Below, one piece after another: positions 1-14,634 of a stretch of 64,000 bases of DNA (its first letter is position 1; every line of letters starts with the position of its first letter). The notes beneath the pieces are model-generated. The model saw nothing but the letters and a program-made list of their open reading frames with translations. It ran no database searches and was not told where the DNA came from. The position numbers and the translations under genes are program-made. The DNA is from Eledone cirrhosa (taxonomy: Eukaryota), in NCBI GenBank assembly GCA_964016885.1, contig OZ024749.1:43214001-43278000 (forward strand). The letters are read 5' to 3'.

Positions 1-479
1 GACAATTTCATGCTTCAATGTATTTATTACAACCCTGTTGTATTCTTCTATATAGCATCACCTCTATAGTTCGTTTATGACAAAGAAATCTCTTCCCAAG
101 TCTATAAATTTAATCGACGTTTCTAAATTATCTCATTCGCATGATCGTGTCATTGGCTTATTGTTACAGCCTTTTTTTATTGTAAGCATATTTATTTTGT
201 GAAGTTCATGCAGTTTTTGGATAGAGGGAGATAAGCAGAGAGATATTATTTTACAAATATCATATATCAACTTGTATTTAAAAAACAACATAATTTTTTT
301 TTTTTCTATTTAAACGTGACATTAAGTTCGATTTTTTAATAAATACTTGCATTCATTTTTTATTTTAATTTCAGCAACAATTTTTTCTCATATTCAGATT
401 TTTATTAATGAAGCTGACATTTAATATTATCCCGTTTATTATTCTCAAGAGCCGAAAATCGAAGCTGTTACCTCATGAA

Positions 480-652
480 TAATTATTTCTACTTTTGGCT
501 CAAGGCCAGCAATTATCTCACTACATTACTGGTACTTTATTTTATCGATCCCGTAAGGATGAAAGGAATTTGAACTCAGACCGTAAAGGACTGTAACTCT
601 ATACTGCAAAGCATGGCGTCCGACCCTCTACCAATACTGCCAACCCATCACC
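480..652 (-). mobile_element. tRNA-derived SINE family 1, first of a tandem pair
   Basis: Reverse complement of the window consensus (...GAGTTCAAAT...CATCCTTACGGGGTCGATAAAATAAAGTACCAGT...GTAGAAACAATTA) with an internal deletion; flanked by TGTTRCCTCATGAATAAT repeats. Confidence 0.9.
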
Positions 653-667
653 ATGTTGCCTCATGAA

Positions 668-860
668 TAATTGTTTCTACTTTTGGCACAAGGCCAGCAA
701 TTATAATCCCAGTGCATTACTGGTACTTTATTTCATCGACCCCGTAAGGATGAAAGGCAAAGTTAACCTCGACGAGATTTGAACTCAGACCATAAAGGGC
801 CGTAACTCTTTGCTACAAAGCATGGCGTGCGACCCTCTAGCGATACTGCCAATCCACCGC
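668..860 (-). mobile_element. SINE family 1, full length
   Basis: Full consensus including B-box-like GAGTTCAAATC; TSD CTCATGAATAAT at 660-671 and 860-871. Confidence 0.92.
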
Positions 861-1193
861 TCATGAATAATATCAGCTAAACATATATACATATGTATTA
901 ATTCTCTAGTTTTCAGCAACATCATATGGTGAGGAAATAGATATAGTCAGCATATCTACCAGTAACATAGTAATTGATTCAATACATATCTATTATGAAG
1001 AGTTAAATATGTTGAAACGTAGGCAAGTAGTTATACATATTTATATCTCTATTTCTTTCTACTATATTTGCTTCGTCCTACACACATAACAAAACCTACA
1101 TTTACATATATGTTAATAAGCACACTCGCATGTATTTCTGAATTTATGGACACGGACATACATACATTCATGCAAACATTCATACATACATAC

Positions 1194-1280
<87 letters not shown>

Positions 1281-1282
<2 letters not shown>

Positions 1283-1395
1283 CGAAGGAAATGTGGTAAG
1301 GAACCATGCGTTACACCCGGGAAACTTATACTAAATTGAAGTGAAAACCAACAGGTGCGTGTGTTTTTACTGGAAACATGACCCTCCGAAAGTAT

Positions 1396-1402
<7 letters not shown>
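1281..1402. mobile_element. Chimeric TA-embedded element: family A long end joined to family B short end
   Basis: 1281-1306 matches the A terminus (5464, 48097); 1332-1402 is the reverse complement of about 22467-22537; (TA)n on both sides. Confidence 0.8.
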
Positions 1403-1438
<36 letters not shown>

Positions 1439-2918
1439 GGTCTCCTCTCACATCAACAATTAAATTAAAAAGTCCGATTTATAAGACAAATTTTCTCACT
1501 ACCATGTATAAATGGAAATTAGGAAATTACATTTAATTATATTTTACGAGTCGGTTCTTTCCTCCTTAGTCTATGATGTACATTAGTTGAATTACTTTTT
1601 TTTTTTCATTTAATGCCAATTTTTCATTAACACTTCATAAAGATGTTCCTTTTAAAATTTGGTTTTTACATTCATTTCCCTCCTACTAAAATGTCATGTT
1701 TATATACTGAACGTTATCTCGTGTTTTCTCATATTTAATATGAGCTAGAATGTAAGACTCATGTACGGTTCATAATTAGATGATGATATGTAGTTTTATT
1801 TTACTTATCGTTTTAAATCATTTCCCATAAAAATATATTTTGGCAGTATTTCAGAGAACTTTTGCATGACTTAAACTTTGGCTCGTTTCCCCAGGCAAAT
1901 GCGTTCTTCAGTTTAATTTTGCAAATAATTGAAGTAAAAGTTGTACCAGAGTGAAGCAGCTAGTCTAGAAAGATTAGATATGTCACGAATAATCTTTTTC
2001 TATTTGATAAAAAATAAAAGAATCAAAACAGATGTGTTCATATACAAAAAATTGAAAACATGCACAATTTAATATATAATCATCACCATATATAGTAACT
2101 GCATATCTAATGTTGGCTTTTTTCGCATTTCTTTATATAAATACAAGTTTTCCTCCTTTTTATGAAACAGGAATAACTTTTGTGTGAAACGCTTTCAGAT
2201 ATGTGGTTACGTTTGTTTTGGTAAAAGTAGTAGATAGAACAGTGCAAAGTAGAAGGGTAAGAGTGAAAACAAGCGGTGTAGTCAACACCATACTCCGTTT
2301 CCTTTATTTTGAAAATGAGGTACTCGCCTGAATATAACATGAAAGAGAAGTTAAAGATGTCTACTCTTGTTTCGTTTCGTTTTCCTCTCCTTTCTTTACT
2401 TAACTCGAAGTTGCACGCAATGCATCGATTACGACTTTGATTTTCTATATATCAAAAGTAAAATTTCATATTTCCATTTCGAAATAGTTTTATTAAAATA
2501 GAGCATAAATAATGGACCACCGTCTGTATCAACGATGAGTGTCTTAGCTGTTTGATGAAAGGGGCTGCATATTCTTTATATCATTACGTTACAAAGCTGG
2601 CCCAAATAATTACAAATAAAACTGTGCTTTGGAAATAATTTGGGAAGGAAAGATGTGGCGAGGTACATGACAGTACCACGTACTGGTGTCAAGTAAATAA
2701 GGTGTTTACATCTCTCATATATAACGCATGGACTCGTGCTACATTTAGAAGTCAGTATACAGTTTGACTGAATATAACTATATATCATGCGAATTCCAAT
2801 TGGGTATTTTCCAAAGATTCGCTCATTAAAACATTCCACAAAAGAAATATTACTATAATAAAAAAAAAAACATATCATTTTGATACATTAGGATACGCGA
2901 CTAAATATCGAGGCATTG

Positions 2919-3250
2919 TTATATCTAGTCTACTACCGTAAGTATTGGATACTCTGGTGCGTTATGTTCCACTTGGTATCTTACCACATCATCTTTGTTC
3001 TCTAGCTGCTACTTCCGTAGTGGAGCACTCTTCCACCCATACCACAATCAAATCCCGGCAATACTACCAGGTTGCTGCTTCTTATTAGAATGTTAACCCA
3101 CCATGCGCAAACATACAACCGACTTTTCGTCGAAGATACCTCTTGATGATTTCAGCTAGATTCTCACCGTTCTAGTACTGGTGGCTTAGTTCGGATATAT
3201 ATGTTGAAACAGCCGGAGCTCAGCCGTTGGGGTCCTCACTCTTTTCGTAT
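2919..3250 (+). mobile_element. Diverged, circularly permuted family A monomer with decayed hammerhead
   Basis: Begins with the A tail (CTACTACCGTAAGTATTG...CTTACCACATC), then ~140 nt of new sequence, TTGATGA 3143, GAAA 3206 and GAGCTCAGCCGTTGGGGTCC, which precedes the tail in other A copies. Confidence 0.7.
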
Positions 3251-3619
3251 ATTTATACAAATGAAGATGCTGTGACATTATTGATGATAGCAGAGATCAA
3301 ACGACGTCGATATTAATATAATTAACACACAAAAGAATCAAGAAATAAATATGTATAATTGGTTAGTATATAATCACTGATATAACCACTGCTGTTGTTC
3401 ATATCTGTTATTTGATTGTTTATTATTAGAGTTGCTGTTTGTGTTGTTAAGAATACACTAATTATATTAACACACACATATACAGTGGGGAAAAATAGAT
3501 ATGACTGATTAGCAATTGTTAAATATTTCATATCAATACGAATTGTAAGACATATACGCACTGTAAAAGATATACTGGTGTATATTTCTAACGAATAAAT
3601 ATTGATTACTTAAAACAGA

Positions 3620-3945
<326 letters not shown>

Positions 3946-3980
3946 TTAATATATATATATATATAGAGATATTTCATCAT

Positions 3981-4012
<32 letters not shown>

Positions 4013-4868
4013 GGGGCGGATATTTTACTATTAGAAAATGAATGATTGGAATACGTTTAATTATATAGAAAACAATAAATATAGAATGTATGGAAGAAGC
4101 TGTGAATATTCGATTGTTACATTTGTATAGTCTTTATGAAATATTGTTTTATCTTAAATATATATTCTCATATTATTACTACATAATTCTCACATATGCT
4201 CTTTGTTTATCTGCCAAATGCGGGTTTTTTTTCTTTCATTTATATCGAGAGAGTTATATAATATAGTGTTGACATTACTGATGTGTATTTCAAGATGTTA
4301 TACATGGCTGATATATCACTATTTTAACGAAGGTTCGCAAATTTATATGTGAAAATAAGAATATGGAGCTTATCACATGTGGTCACTAATTCATTTGGAA
4401 AGTCTCGCTGAGGAAACTTTTCAAATCATAAATAACTCTATGGAATTCATATTATGCCACCTACGGTTTTATATGTGACATCTTCGCTATAATTGTCTCC
4501 CTTAATATGTTACTCATGTTCAAGAATAAATAGAAGGAAAATGAAATATCTGTTTACCATGAATTTATTAGTAATGTGGGTGAGAATAAGCATGAATTCT
4601 GAAGCTATGAAATATGTGATCGCATTACATTCATAGCTGAGCATTAAATGGTACAAATATCTGCTGATTAAGAAAACTACTAGTCGACAGGAGATTAGTG
4701 GCTATTGTCCATTATATTCCATTACATATATTTCATACCTTCTTGAACAGATAGTATAACTAGTCAGTGAGACGATTTCTCTCGTGCATGCTGTGGTTAC
4801 ATATATATAATTTACGGCTATATACGTAAAAAGTATATACCTGTATAATTCTATGGCTAGATATAGCC

Positions 4869-5750
<882 letters not shown>

Positions 5751-5755
5751 ATATA

Positions 5756-6027
5756 CTGCCAATACGGGAATTGAATAATCAAGACCGTAGCGGTATGTCA
5801 TATATAAAATCATATATTTTGTCTGATGAGGACATACAGAAAAAAAACACCACAGTACCTTTGAAATATATATAATAAAGTATATATTTTGATTATGCGA
5901 ATATTTTTCATTTGTTATCATTTTGAATAATATAAAAAACTCCAGGAAAACTACTTGTTGAGTGCTTCTATCTATTGTAAAACTGTATTCGTTGAGTAGT
6001 CAACGAACCATATTAATCTTTGGTTAC

Positions 6028-6030
<3 letters not shown>
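5756..6030 (+). mobile_element. Family H single-arm element with hammerhead at 5812-5885
   Basis: ATATATTTTGT-CTGATGA(5823)...GAAA(5863)-TATATA-TA-ATAAAGTATAT, stem II weak; tail ACTCC...GTTGAGTGCT (5960); (TA)n flanks. Confidence 0.75.
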
Positions 6031-6092
<62 letters not shown>

Positions 6093-6459
6093 GTATATAA
6101 TCATTTGAAAACGCAGTTATTTCCTAATGGGAAATTCAGTTATCATAGAGGACAATGTCAGGAGATTATGCTTATATGCATTACTAAAATAATTACGGAT
6201 ACAATTTCACAGGAATATGTCGCTAAGCCAAGACACATTTCTCAGCGAATTTTGGTACCTATTACTTTCATTTAAGTATATATACGGCCATGCATCTAAA
6301 TACTATATTGCTTCGGATGATATGGAAATTCTACTTCCCCTTTCAACACATTGCCTATGATATGTCAATTTAATGACTGATATATGAGTCCAGCAAATAA
6401 CTTCTACATTAAATACGATAGTTACTGTACACTACACCATAGATCTATACTGTAGTTTA

Positions 6460-6974
6460 TACATCCACACATGCACACACATACACACATACACACATCA
6501 CACATGCACACACACTCACACTTACACACGCACATACACACACACATACACACACACACACATACACACAGACTCACACATACACACACGTACACTCACA
6601 CATACACACACACATACACACACATACACACATACACACACACTCGTACATGCACACACACACTCACACATACACACGCACATACACATACACACAGACT
6701 CCCTCACACATACACACACATACACTCACACATACACACACATACACACACACTCGTACATACACACACATACACACAGACTCACACATACACACACATA
6801 CACTCACACACACAGATATCTATGCACATAGAAGCCCAAAAGAATTAGACGTAAACACACACATATATACACGTCGAAATGAAGTCTGCCCCATTTCAAT
6901 ATATCATCTATCTTTATTTCATAAAAAATATATATTTACTGCGACAGCATATCAGAAGCAGCGTGAAAACAACT

Positions 6975-7006
<32 letters not shown>

Positions 7007-7343
7007 TGTCATGATTATCACCATCATCATCATCATCATCATTATTACGATCATCATCACCATCATCGTCATCACCACTAGCCTAAACGCCATCGTCAGC
7101 CTTATAATCAACGACATCAAGACCATCATCATCATCACCATCACCATCACCATCATCGTCATCATCATCATCATCGTCATCATCATCATCATCATCGTCA
7201 TGATCATCAGCGTTGTCATCACTAGCCTCATCATTAGAGTCATCATGATATGAGTCGGCGGGAAGACATCATCATCACCATCTCCATCACCAAAATCATC
7301 ACCAGGAACAGAAACAACAACTACCACCACCACTAACACCACC

Positions 7344-7375
<32 letters not shown>

Positions 7376-7410
7376 CAACAAGAAACATCACCAGCAGCAG
7401 CATCAATAGT
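6460..7410. repeat. Degenerate (CA)n followed by (CAT)n/(CAC)n/(CAA)n
   Basis: Direct reading. Confidence 0.95.
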
Positions 7411-7750
7411 AAGTAGCAGACGAATAAATGAAAAAAAATATATTAAAAAAAAAAATACCTTCTCTTTGCTTTTCTTTTAGCTTGCATAGTCTAGTATTCT
7501 AGATATTGACCACGTCTTCAAAACTTTACTTTAAATGAAGATATATTACACTATATATATAATGATATGAGGAATAGTTTTAACTCTGTAGACTTCTTAA
7601 CCCTAAACACTTCATTTTCAAGCCGATCAATGGTAATATATCACGTTTGTGTTGTGCTTTGCTTTGCTTTGGTTTGTTTTCGTAGGTCTATAATATTATG
7701 TGATACACACACACACAAAGACAGATAGATACACACACACAAAGACATAT

Positions 7751-7823
<73 letters not shown>

Positions 7824-7828
7824 GACAG

Positions 7829-7859
<31 letters not shown>

Positions 7860-7887
7860 TACACACACATATATATATATATATATG

Positions 7888-8046
7888 TAGAAGTTATATT
7901 TAATTTGTTGGGATACAACAAGCAAATATTTTTATAACTGATATAAAGCACTCAACAAATTATTGGAGTAAAAATACGATATATTAACAAATTTTATCTG
8001 ATGAAAGCGCACCATAATTTGACTTGGTGTCCTTGAAATATGTTTA

Positions 8047-8049
<3 letters not shown>
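7888..8049. mobile_element. Family D-type element: inverted tail plus hammerhead at 7991-8049
   Basis: 7890-7970 is a diverged reverse complement of the D tail (17611-17692); ATTTTAT-CTGATGA(7998)-AAGCGCACCA...TGGTGTCCTT-GAAA(8035)-TATGTT-TA-ATA then (TA)n. Confidence 0.8.
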
Positions 8050-8095
<46 letters not shown>

Positions 8096-8239
8096 CTGTA
8101 TATATATACATACATACAAGGTGGGTGATGAAAATGTGACGGATACGTGGCATAAAGGTAATATATAGTTCTACAGAACGTATCTGTTTGTAAAATACGT
8201 ATATATAAAGTAGATCTCTCCAACAATTCACACACCCAC

Positions 8240-8298
<59 letters not shown>

Positions 8299-8301
<3 letters not shown>

Positions 8302-8692
8302 AGATCAAAAGATGGTTAAAAGAGTTCCAAGTATTTTATTATACGGATTTTAAAAACAAATATCATCATGGGATGATATCTGCGTTCTCATCAGATAAAA
8401 TAGGGAGACATGATATGAAGCTTAAAAAAGACTTGTGAGCAGTGAAGATATGTTGATTTAAAACTTCACTGCTCACAAGTGTTTTTTAAGCTTCATATCA
8501 TGTCTCCCTATTTTATCTGATGAGAATGCAGATATCATCCCATGATGATATTTGTTTTTGAAATGCGCATAATAAAATACTTGGAACTCTTTTAACCATC
8601 TTATATTATATATACTCAAGTCCTACAAACTGTAGAGTGCTACTTATCCGATATTTGCATTGCTTTATTGTGCTACAATAAAACTCACCTCC

Positions 8693-8694
<2 letters not shown>
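8299..8694. mobile_element. Family C fold-back element
   Basis: Inverted arms about 8311-8447 and 8464-8602; ~90 nt tail with ACTC(8614)...GAGTGCT(8635); (TA)n flanks. Confidence 0.9.
8509..8579 (+). ncRNA. Minimal type-I hammerhead ribozyme (family C)
   Basis: TATTTTAT-CTGATGA(8517)-GAATGCAGATATCATC CCAT GATGATATTTGTTTTT-GAAA(8560)-TGCGCA-TA-ATAAAATA; the mirror copy at 8332-8402 has lost GAAA. Confidence 0.9.
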
Positions 8695-8736
<42 letters not shown>

Positions 8737-10010
8737 CATGTCATTACCTTTTCTATCTTCTAGTTCCTTCACTTATTATCCCTCCTTCTCAGTTTTCTAC
8801 CTATTTTCCTCTTCCTTCATTACTTTTTCTTACACCTTTCCTCCCACCCTCTCTTTCCCTGTCATCTATCCCGAAGGAATTTCTGAGTACCGAAACTGAC
8901 CAAATTTATCTGACCATTCCTATCAATAACCTGCATTTCCCTCTTCTCATCGAATCAGTGACATTGTTTCTTCCAGTTGAATCCTAAACCACTTCATCAC
9001 GGGTTCTTTCCACCCCGTGTTTGTCCTGCAATCCTGAAATCCTGGACTTGAGTTTCTTCAAGAACTGCAAATTGCCGACATCAATCATACCGAACACGCA
9101 ATTTTTGCTGGATTCCATTTTGTTCGGAATTTAATAATATGCATTTGTCTTTAACAGTAATGTGTTTATTCCCCTTATATTTCACAGCAGCCTAAGCAAA
9201 CCATATTAGTTTGAACTGGTTATATTCAATGAAAATCTATGTACATCATAAGTTATTTGTCATATACAATGTTGCATCTTCTATAACATAATTTCATAAG
9301 CATTTAGAACCAGTAGACCACTGGACAGGCGTACAGAATTTGGTCGATATTATTCTTTGAATACCCTGGAAAATTTGTAATAATTATTTCCTATTTGCTT
9401 ATTATATATTTGGCTATATTCCTCTGGGTCTCTCTTTGTTTTTGCGCATCGGTACCAAAGCTATTAGGGAAAATTTGGCAGAATGTCTAATTTTATTGTA
9501 TCATGTCCTGACCTGCACAAATTTCGTTTTTTTTTCGTTTGCTATCATCTGAGCAACATCTAACGGTCATAGTATTAACATATCTATCATGCCCAAAATC
9601 CACGGAAAAGCAACAACTCAGCACGATAGGCAGTGAATCAGCAGTTACTATGTGAAACCTGAACCATTAAACATGAGGTGACTTAGCCTATATACACAAA
9701 CCACCGCACTAGCCATAAAATACAACCAGCATTCTCACATTAGTTTTTTTCTGCTATTCAATCGAAGAAAGCTTTCGGGTATATATCTGTATCTATTAAC
9801 ACCCCGGTACCTCTGGTGCACGCATATAGTTTAAGTGTCATTTTATCAATATATCTATGACGACTTATCTCACTCCCTCTCTACCCCACTCTCTCTCTCT
9901 CTCTCTCTCACTCTCTCTCTTACACACACACATTCCATCTCTGTGTATACACACTACACACAAATTCCACGTGCATGCACGACACAAGAGAAACGGATGT
10001 ATATGTATAC

Positions 10011-10084
<74 letters not shown>

Positions 10085-10111
10085 TATATATATATATATA
10101 TTATATATATA

Positions 10112-10205
<94 letters not shown>

Positions 10206-10215
10206 GTACATACAC

Positions 10216-10248
<33 letters not shown>

Positions 10249-10309
10249 AAGAAAGAGTGTGAGAGAAAAGAAAATCCTTAAAACCTGCTTTACACACACA
10301 CACATATAT

Positions 10310-10435
<126 letters not shown>

Positions 10436-10991
10436 CAATATATAGAGGGGAAAGACACAGAAGAGTGTGTTTTTCTTTACATGAATTTCAAACCACCAAT
10501 ATATATATGCCTCTGTGAATATGTGTGTATATATAATTTATGGTTTCACAGTTTGTAACTATATGTGTAGATATATACGTACGTACAAGAATACATCAAT
10601 ATTCATATATAGTAAAACATATATATTCTACAAGTGACAGTCTGTTCTAACCTAAACATATAACACAATCAATCTAACATATTTTATTGTATATGGCTGA
10701 AACAGAGTGACGAGCACTTTATTGTATACAACGATATGTTGATATCTCTTGCGGCAGAAGTCTGAAAGCATGTATGACTGTATGTATGTATGTATGTATG
10801 TATGTATGTATGTATGTATGTATGTATGTATGTATGTATGTATGTATGTATATACACATATATTTATATATATATATATATATGTGTGTTTGTGAGTGTG
10901 TGTGTGTGTTTGTGAGTGTGTGTGTTTGTGTATGTATATATATATATGTATATGTATATATATGCTATGTATGTATGTATATATATATATG

Positions 10992-11049
<58 letters not shown>

Positions 11050-11884
11050 CATATATATTTATTGATTATAGGCAGTCTATATTCAATGGAGAAATGACTT
11101 ATCGTGTTCTTGTATTGTGCAATCTCATTTTTTTTATTTCACATTTATCTTCTGCTTTTCCTATATATTTCTCACATAGCTTATAATTGTTTCTTTTATG
11201 CTTTCTCAAATTTAGTATCATTCGACGGTAGCTCATCGAAAAACCTTATGGCTTTCTATGTCACGTTATAAAGCACTCAGAAATGTTTTACTGAATTTTA
11301 AGTAATCAGATTTATGGAAAAGTACTTCTCCACCAGGCAAATGTTATCTGTTTTATCGTCTGTTAGTACTTCATCGGCAAAGTATTTGTAAAACAAAAAC
11401 ATTTGGAAACATTCCTGAATGGCTTTCGTACATTTTAGCAAAATTTGTATTTGTTGTTGTTGTTGTCTTTGTTGTTGTTGTTGTTGTTGCTCTTGTTGTT
11501 GTCTTTGTTGTTGTTCTTGTTGCTGTTGTTGTTCACGTCTCTATATACGTGTATAATAGAGTACTCCTCTAAACTACATCTTTCTTTTATTGTTCTACAC
11601 TAGATACGTTACACCGTTTCTTTGAATTATATCAACAAATATGCAGAGATACGACCTAGACATACTGAATTTAAATAGACATTCAGATCTTAAAGATTCT
11701 GGCTATTCAGTATATTTGAGATTTTATTTAACCTGTTATTCTATTACTTGTTCAAGTTATTAGACTGAGGCCATAATTTGGCAGCGATTTGATTTAGTCT
11801 ATAATATTTCATCTAGTATATATTTTATTTCTCAAACAACTAAGATAAGCGTCGCAAACACAGATGCACACACACACACATATA

Positions 11885-11971
<87 letters not shown>

Positions 11972-11974
<3 letters not shown>

Positions 11975-12241
11975 TCGAGTTTGGTCAGCATGGTTTCTTG
12001 ATGATGGTTATAAGGGGCACAGAGAGTGCTAAAATGTACGTTATTCCGGGTTGAATCGGAGGTAACCACAGTAAGTAAGGTACTCAATACATAGCAGAGT
12101 ATAAAAGTTTTAATATAGATGAGATTCTACAGGACTAGAACTGTTTCATTCTTTAGAAATCATCAGGAATCTCCTGATTCATGATGATTTCTAAAGAATG
12201 AAACAGTTCTAGTCCTGTAGAATCTCATCTATATTAAAACT
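11972..12241. mobile_element. Family F fold-back element
   Basis: Arms about 12107-12171 and 12176-12241; minus arm reads CTGATGA-TTTCTAAAGAAT-GAAA-CAGTTC; tail contains GTATTGAGTACC; (TA)n flanks. Confidence 0.8.
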
Positions 12242-12242
12242 A

Positions 12243-12274
<32 letters not shown>

Positions 12275-12298
12275 GCACACACATATAATAATATATAT

Positions 12299-12380
12299 AC
12301 GAGTGTCAGCTGAAAAGTTTATAGTCTGACTAAAATTCTCTCGTGGAATGACCAAATGAGTTTTATTTTTCATCATAGTC
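12299..12380 (+). mobile_element. Possible mariner-type terminal fragment
   Basis: TA-CGAGTGTCAGCTGAAAAGT resembles mariner TIR starts; no partner TIR found. Confidence 0.35.
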
Positions 12381-12406
12381 ACTGGAAGAAAACAATTCAG
12401 TTATTA

Positions 12407-12485
12407 TTGGGTCGTCAAGTATGACATTTGTAGAATTTGTTTTTTTTTCTAAAAATTCCTACAAACTTCATACTTGACGACCCAA
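12407..12485. mobile_element. ~80-bp Tc1/mariner-type MITE
   Basis: TIRs TTGGGTCGTCAAGTATGACATTTGTAG / CTACAAACTTCATACTTGACGACCCAA with TA on both sides. Confidence 0.85.
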
Positions 12486-12618
12486 TATTAAGAAGAATTG
12501 AGATTAATTCATGCGAGATTCCACAGCTCTGGCATCACTCCTTTATAGTATGCCTATTAACCTTTCAGCCGACCCTAGTATATACGCAAGTAGACTCAAC
12601 CTTAAAGAATTCACACAG

Positions 12619-12704
<86 letters not shown>

Positions 12705-12964
12705 GTGTGTTTATGTATGTGTATGAGTCTGTTAGTTAGATTACACTAGATGGTGCTATACACCTCGTTGAACACACGATGTGATGCATGATTCAAAAGT
12801 GTAGAATTATCAACTGAAGAGATGTATGAAGGCAGCAACATTGTATCACTAGGGTAACCGTGTTGAGTGAAAAATCAATATAATAAACATTTATATTCAG
12901 TACATATCATTCCCTCGAAAATTCGACTCGAAACTAATGACATTATGTAATGATAAGGTGTATG

Positions 12965-13134
12965 TGGATTGGCAGTATCGGTAGAGAGTCGTACGCCATG
13001 CTTTCCAGCTTTACGATCTGAGTTCAAATCCCGCCGAGGTTGACTTTGCCTTTCATCCTTACGGGGTCGATAAAATAAAGTACCAGTAATGCCCTGGGTA
13101 ATTGCTGGCCTTGTGCCTAAAGTAGAAACAATTA
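12965..13134 (+). mobile_element. SINE family 1
   Basis: Consensus match; 18-bp TSD ATTATGTAATGATAAGGT at 12942-12959 and 13131-13148. Confidence 0.92.
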
Positions 13135-13344
13135 TGTAATGATAAGGTTGGAATCCGAAATTATGAGCTCTTCTTATGCGTATATACGATTAAAGGAAAA
13201 GAGATAAAGTCACTATATTACTTAAAGAAAGAAATTAGCGCTTTATATAGGCTGCTTAACGACAAACTGAGTAGAAATTATGTAAAATAAAAAGCAGACG
13301 ATGGGTAATAGAAAGATAATAGTGAAAATATATATTATATCGGT

Positions 13345-13392
13345 GTTCAGAGCTAGAGCTGTTTCACAAGTATGACATCATCAGGAATGTCT
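13345..13392 (-). ncRNA. Decayed F-like hammerhead motif
   Basis: Minus strand reads ATTC-CTGATGA-TGTCATACTTGT-GAAA-CAGCTC-TAGC, colinear with family F; stems poorly paired. Confidence 0.5.
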
Positions 13393-13622
13393 TGATCTCA
13401 TTGCCATGTAAAAGGAATATGATTCGTCTCTTCTAAGTATCAAATATATTTTATTCACGCGAGATGCACGCACATAAATATATAAGTATGTGTGGATGTG
13501 TGTGTGTGTGCGCGTGGGTGTATGTATGTGTGTGTGAGAGAGAGAGAGAGAGTGCATGTGTGCGTTTATGTGCGTGTAAATACATGTTTTTAGAAGTGTA
13601 TATGTATGTATGTATCACTCTC

Positions 13623-13658
<36 letters not shown>

Positions 13659-13660
<2 letters not shown>

Positions 13661-13847
13661 AACGAGTAGGACCCCGACGGCTGAGGTCAAGCCGTTTCGA
13701 CGGCTAATTCTGGACTAAATTAGCCGTCGAAACGGCTTGAGCTCAGCCGTCGGGGTCCTACTCGTTCCTATTACCCACTCTACTACCCTAAGTATTGAGT
13801 ACTTTGGTGCGTTATGGTCCACCTGGTTCCTTACCACATTTCCTTCG

Positions 13848-13849
<2 letters not shown>
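13659..13849. mobile_element. Family A fold-back element
   Basis: 53-bp arms 13657-13709 and 13718-13770 (one mismatch) plus ~79 nt tail; (TA)n flanks. Confidence 0.9.
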
Positions 13850-13916
<67 letters not shown>

Positions 13917-14346
13917 GGGGAAAGATACATTATACGATGGTATTCCAGTGTGAAGAATGTTAATGTGCCATATGGCGATTGATGATCCAAATGACACACA
14001 AGCTCGTGCCAAATTAAATCATATCTATTAATGTTAATGAAAATGTACATCATCTCCGTAATTGACTATTTCACGCTTTCACTGCTGGTAGCGTTTAATA
14101 TTTCGCCTGTGGTGAAATATTCTGTTGACATGAACTCAACTGTCACACACATGCAAACACGCTTGATACGTATATGCACATTAGTACGTCCATTTCATAA
14201 TTATACTCCAAGTGAACTGGTATATATATATATATATATACCTGTATATATATATATATACCTATCAGTACTATATCTACTATAATAGAAAGAGGTGTAG
14301 GTAGATAGTTAGTTCATTATTTGAATAATAGAATGAACTCTATAGA

Positions 14347-14408
14347 TAATTGTTTCTACGTTTGGCACAAGGCCAGAAAAATACCCAGTACATTACTGGT
14401 ACTTTATT
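14347..14408 (-). mobile_element. SINE family 1, 3' fragment
   Basis: TAATTGTTTCTACGTTTGGCACAAGGCCAG...CTGGTACTTTATT. Confidence 0.85.
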
Positions 14409-14429
14409 ATAAATTTCCTATATATATAT

Positions 14430-14519
14430 GTAATATAGTAATAATAATAAGATCCCGTTAAGGGTGAAAGCAGCGATTCTTTGCTTAATAAACTTTAATC
14501 TGTTATTTTAATAAATAAA
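14430..14519 (+). mobile_element. Family G short arm
   Basis: GATCCCGTTAAGGGTGAAAGCAGCGATTCTTTGCTTAA...TTTTAATAAATA running into (TA)n. Confidence 0.75.
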
Positions 14520-14521
14520 TA

Positions 14522-14634
<113 letters not shown>

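Noticed and set aside
8866-8905. Possible hammerhead CCGAAGG...CGAAACTG
   Set aside because: Core and stems too degenerate to call
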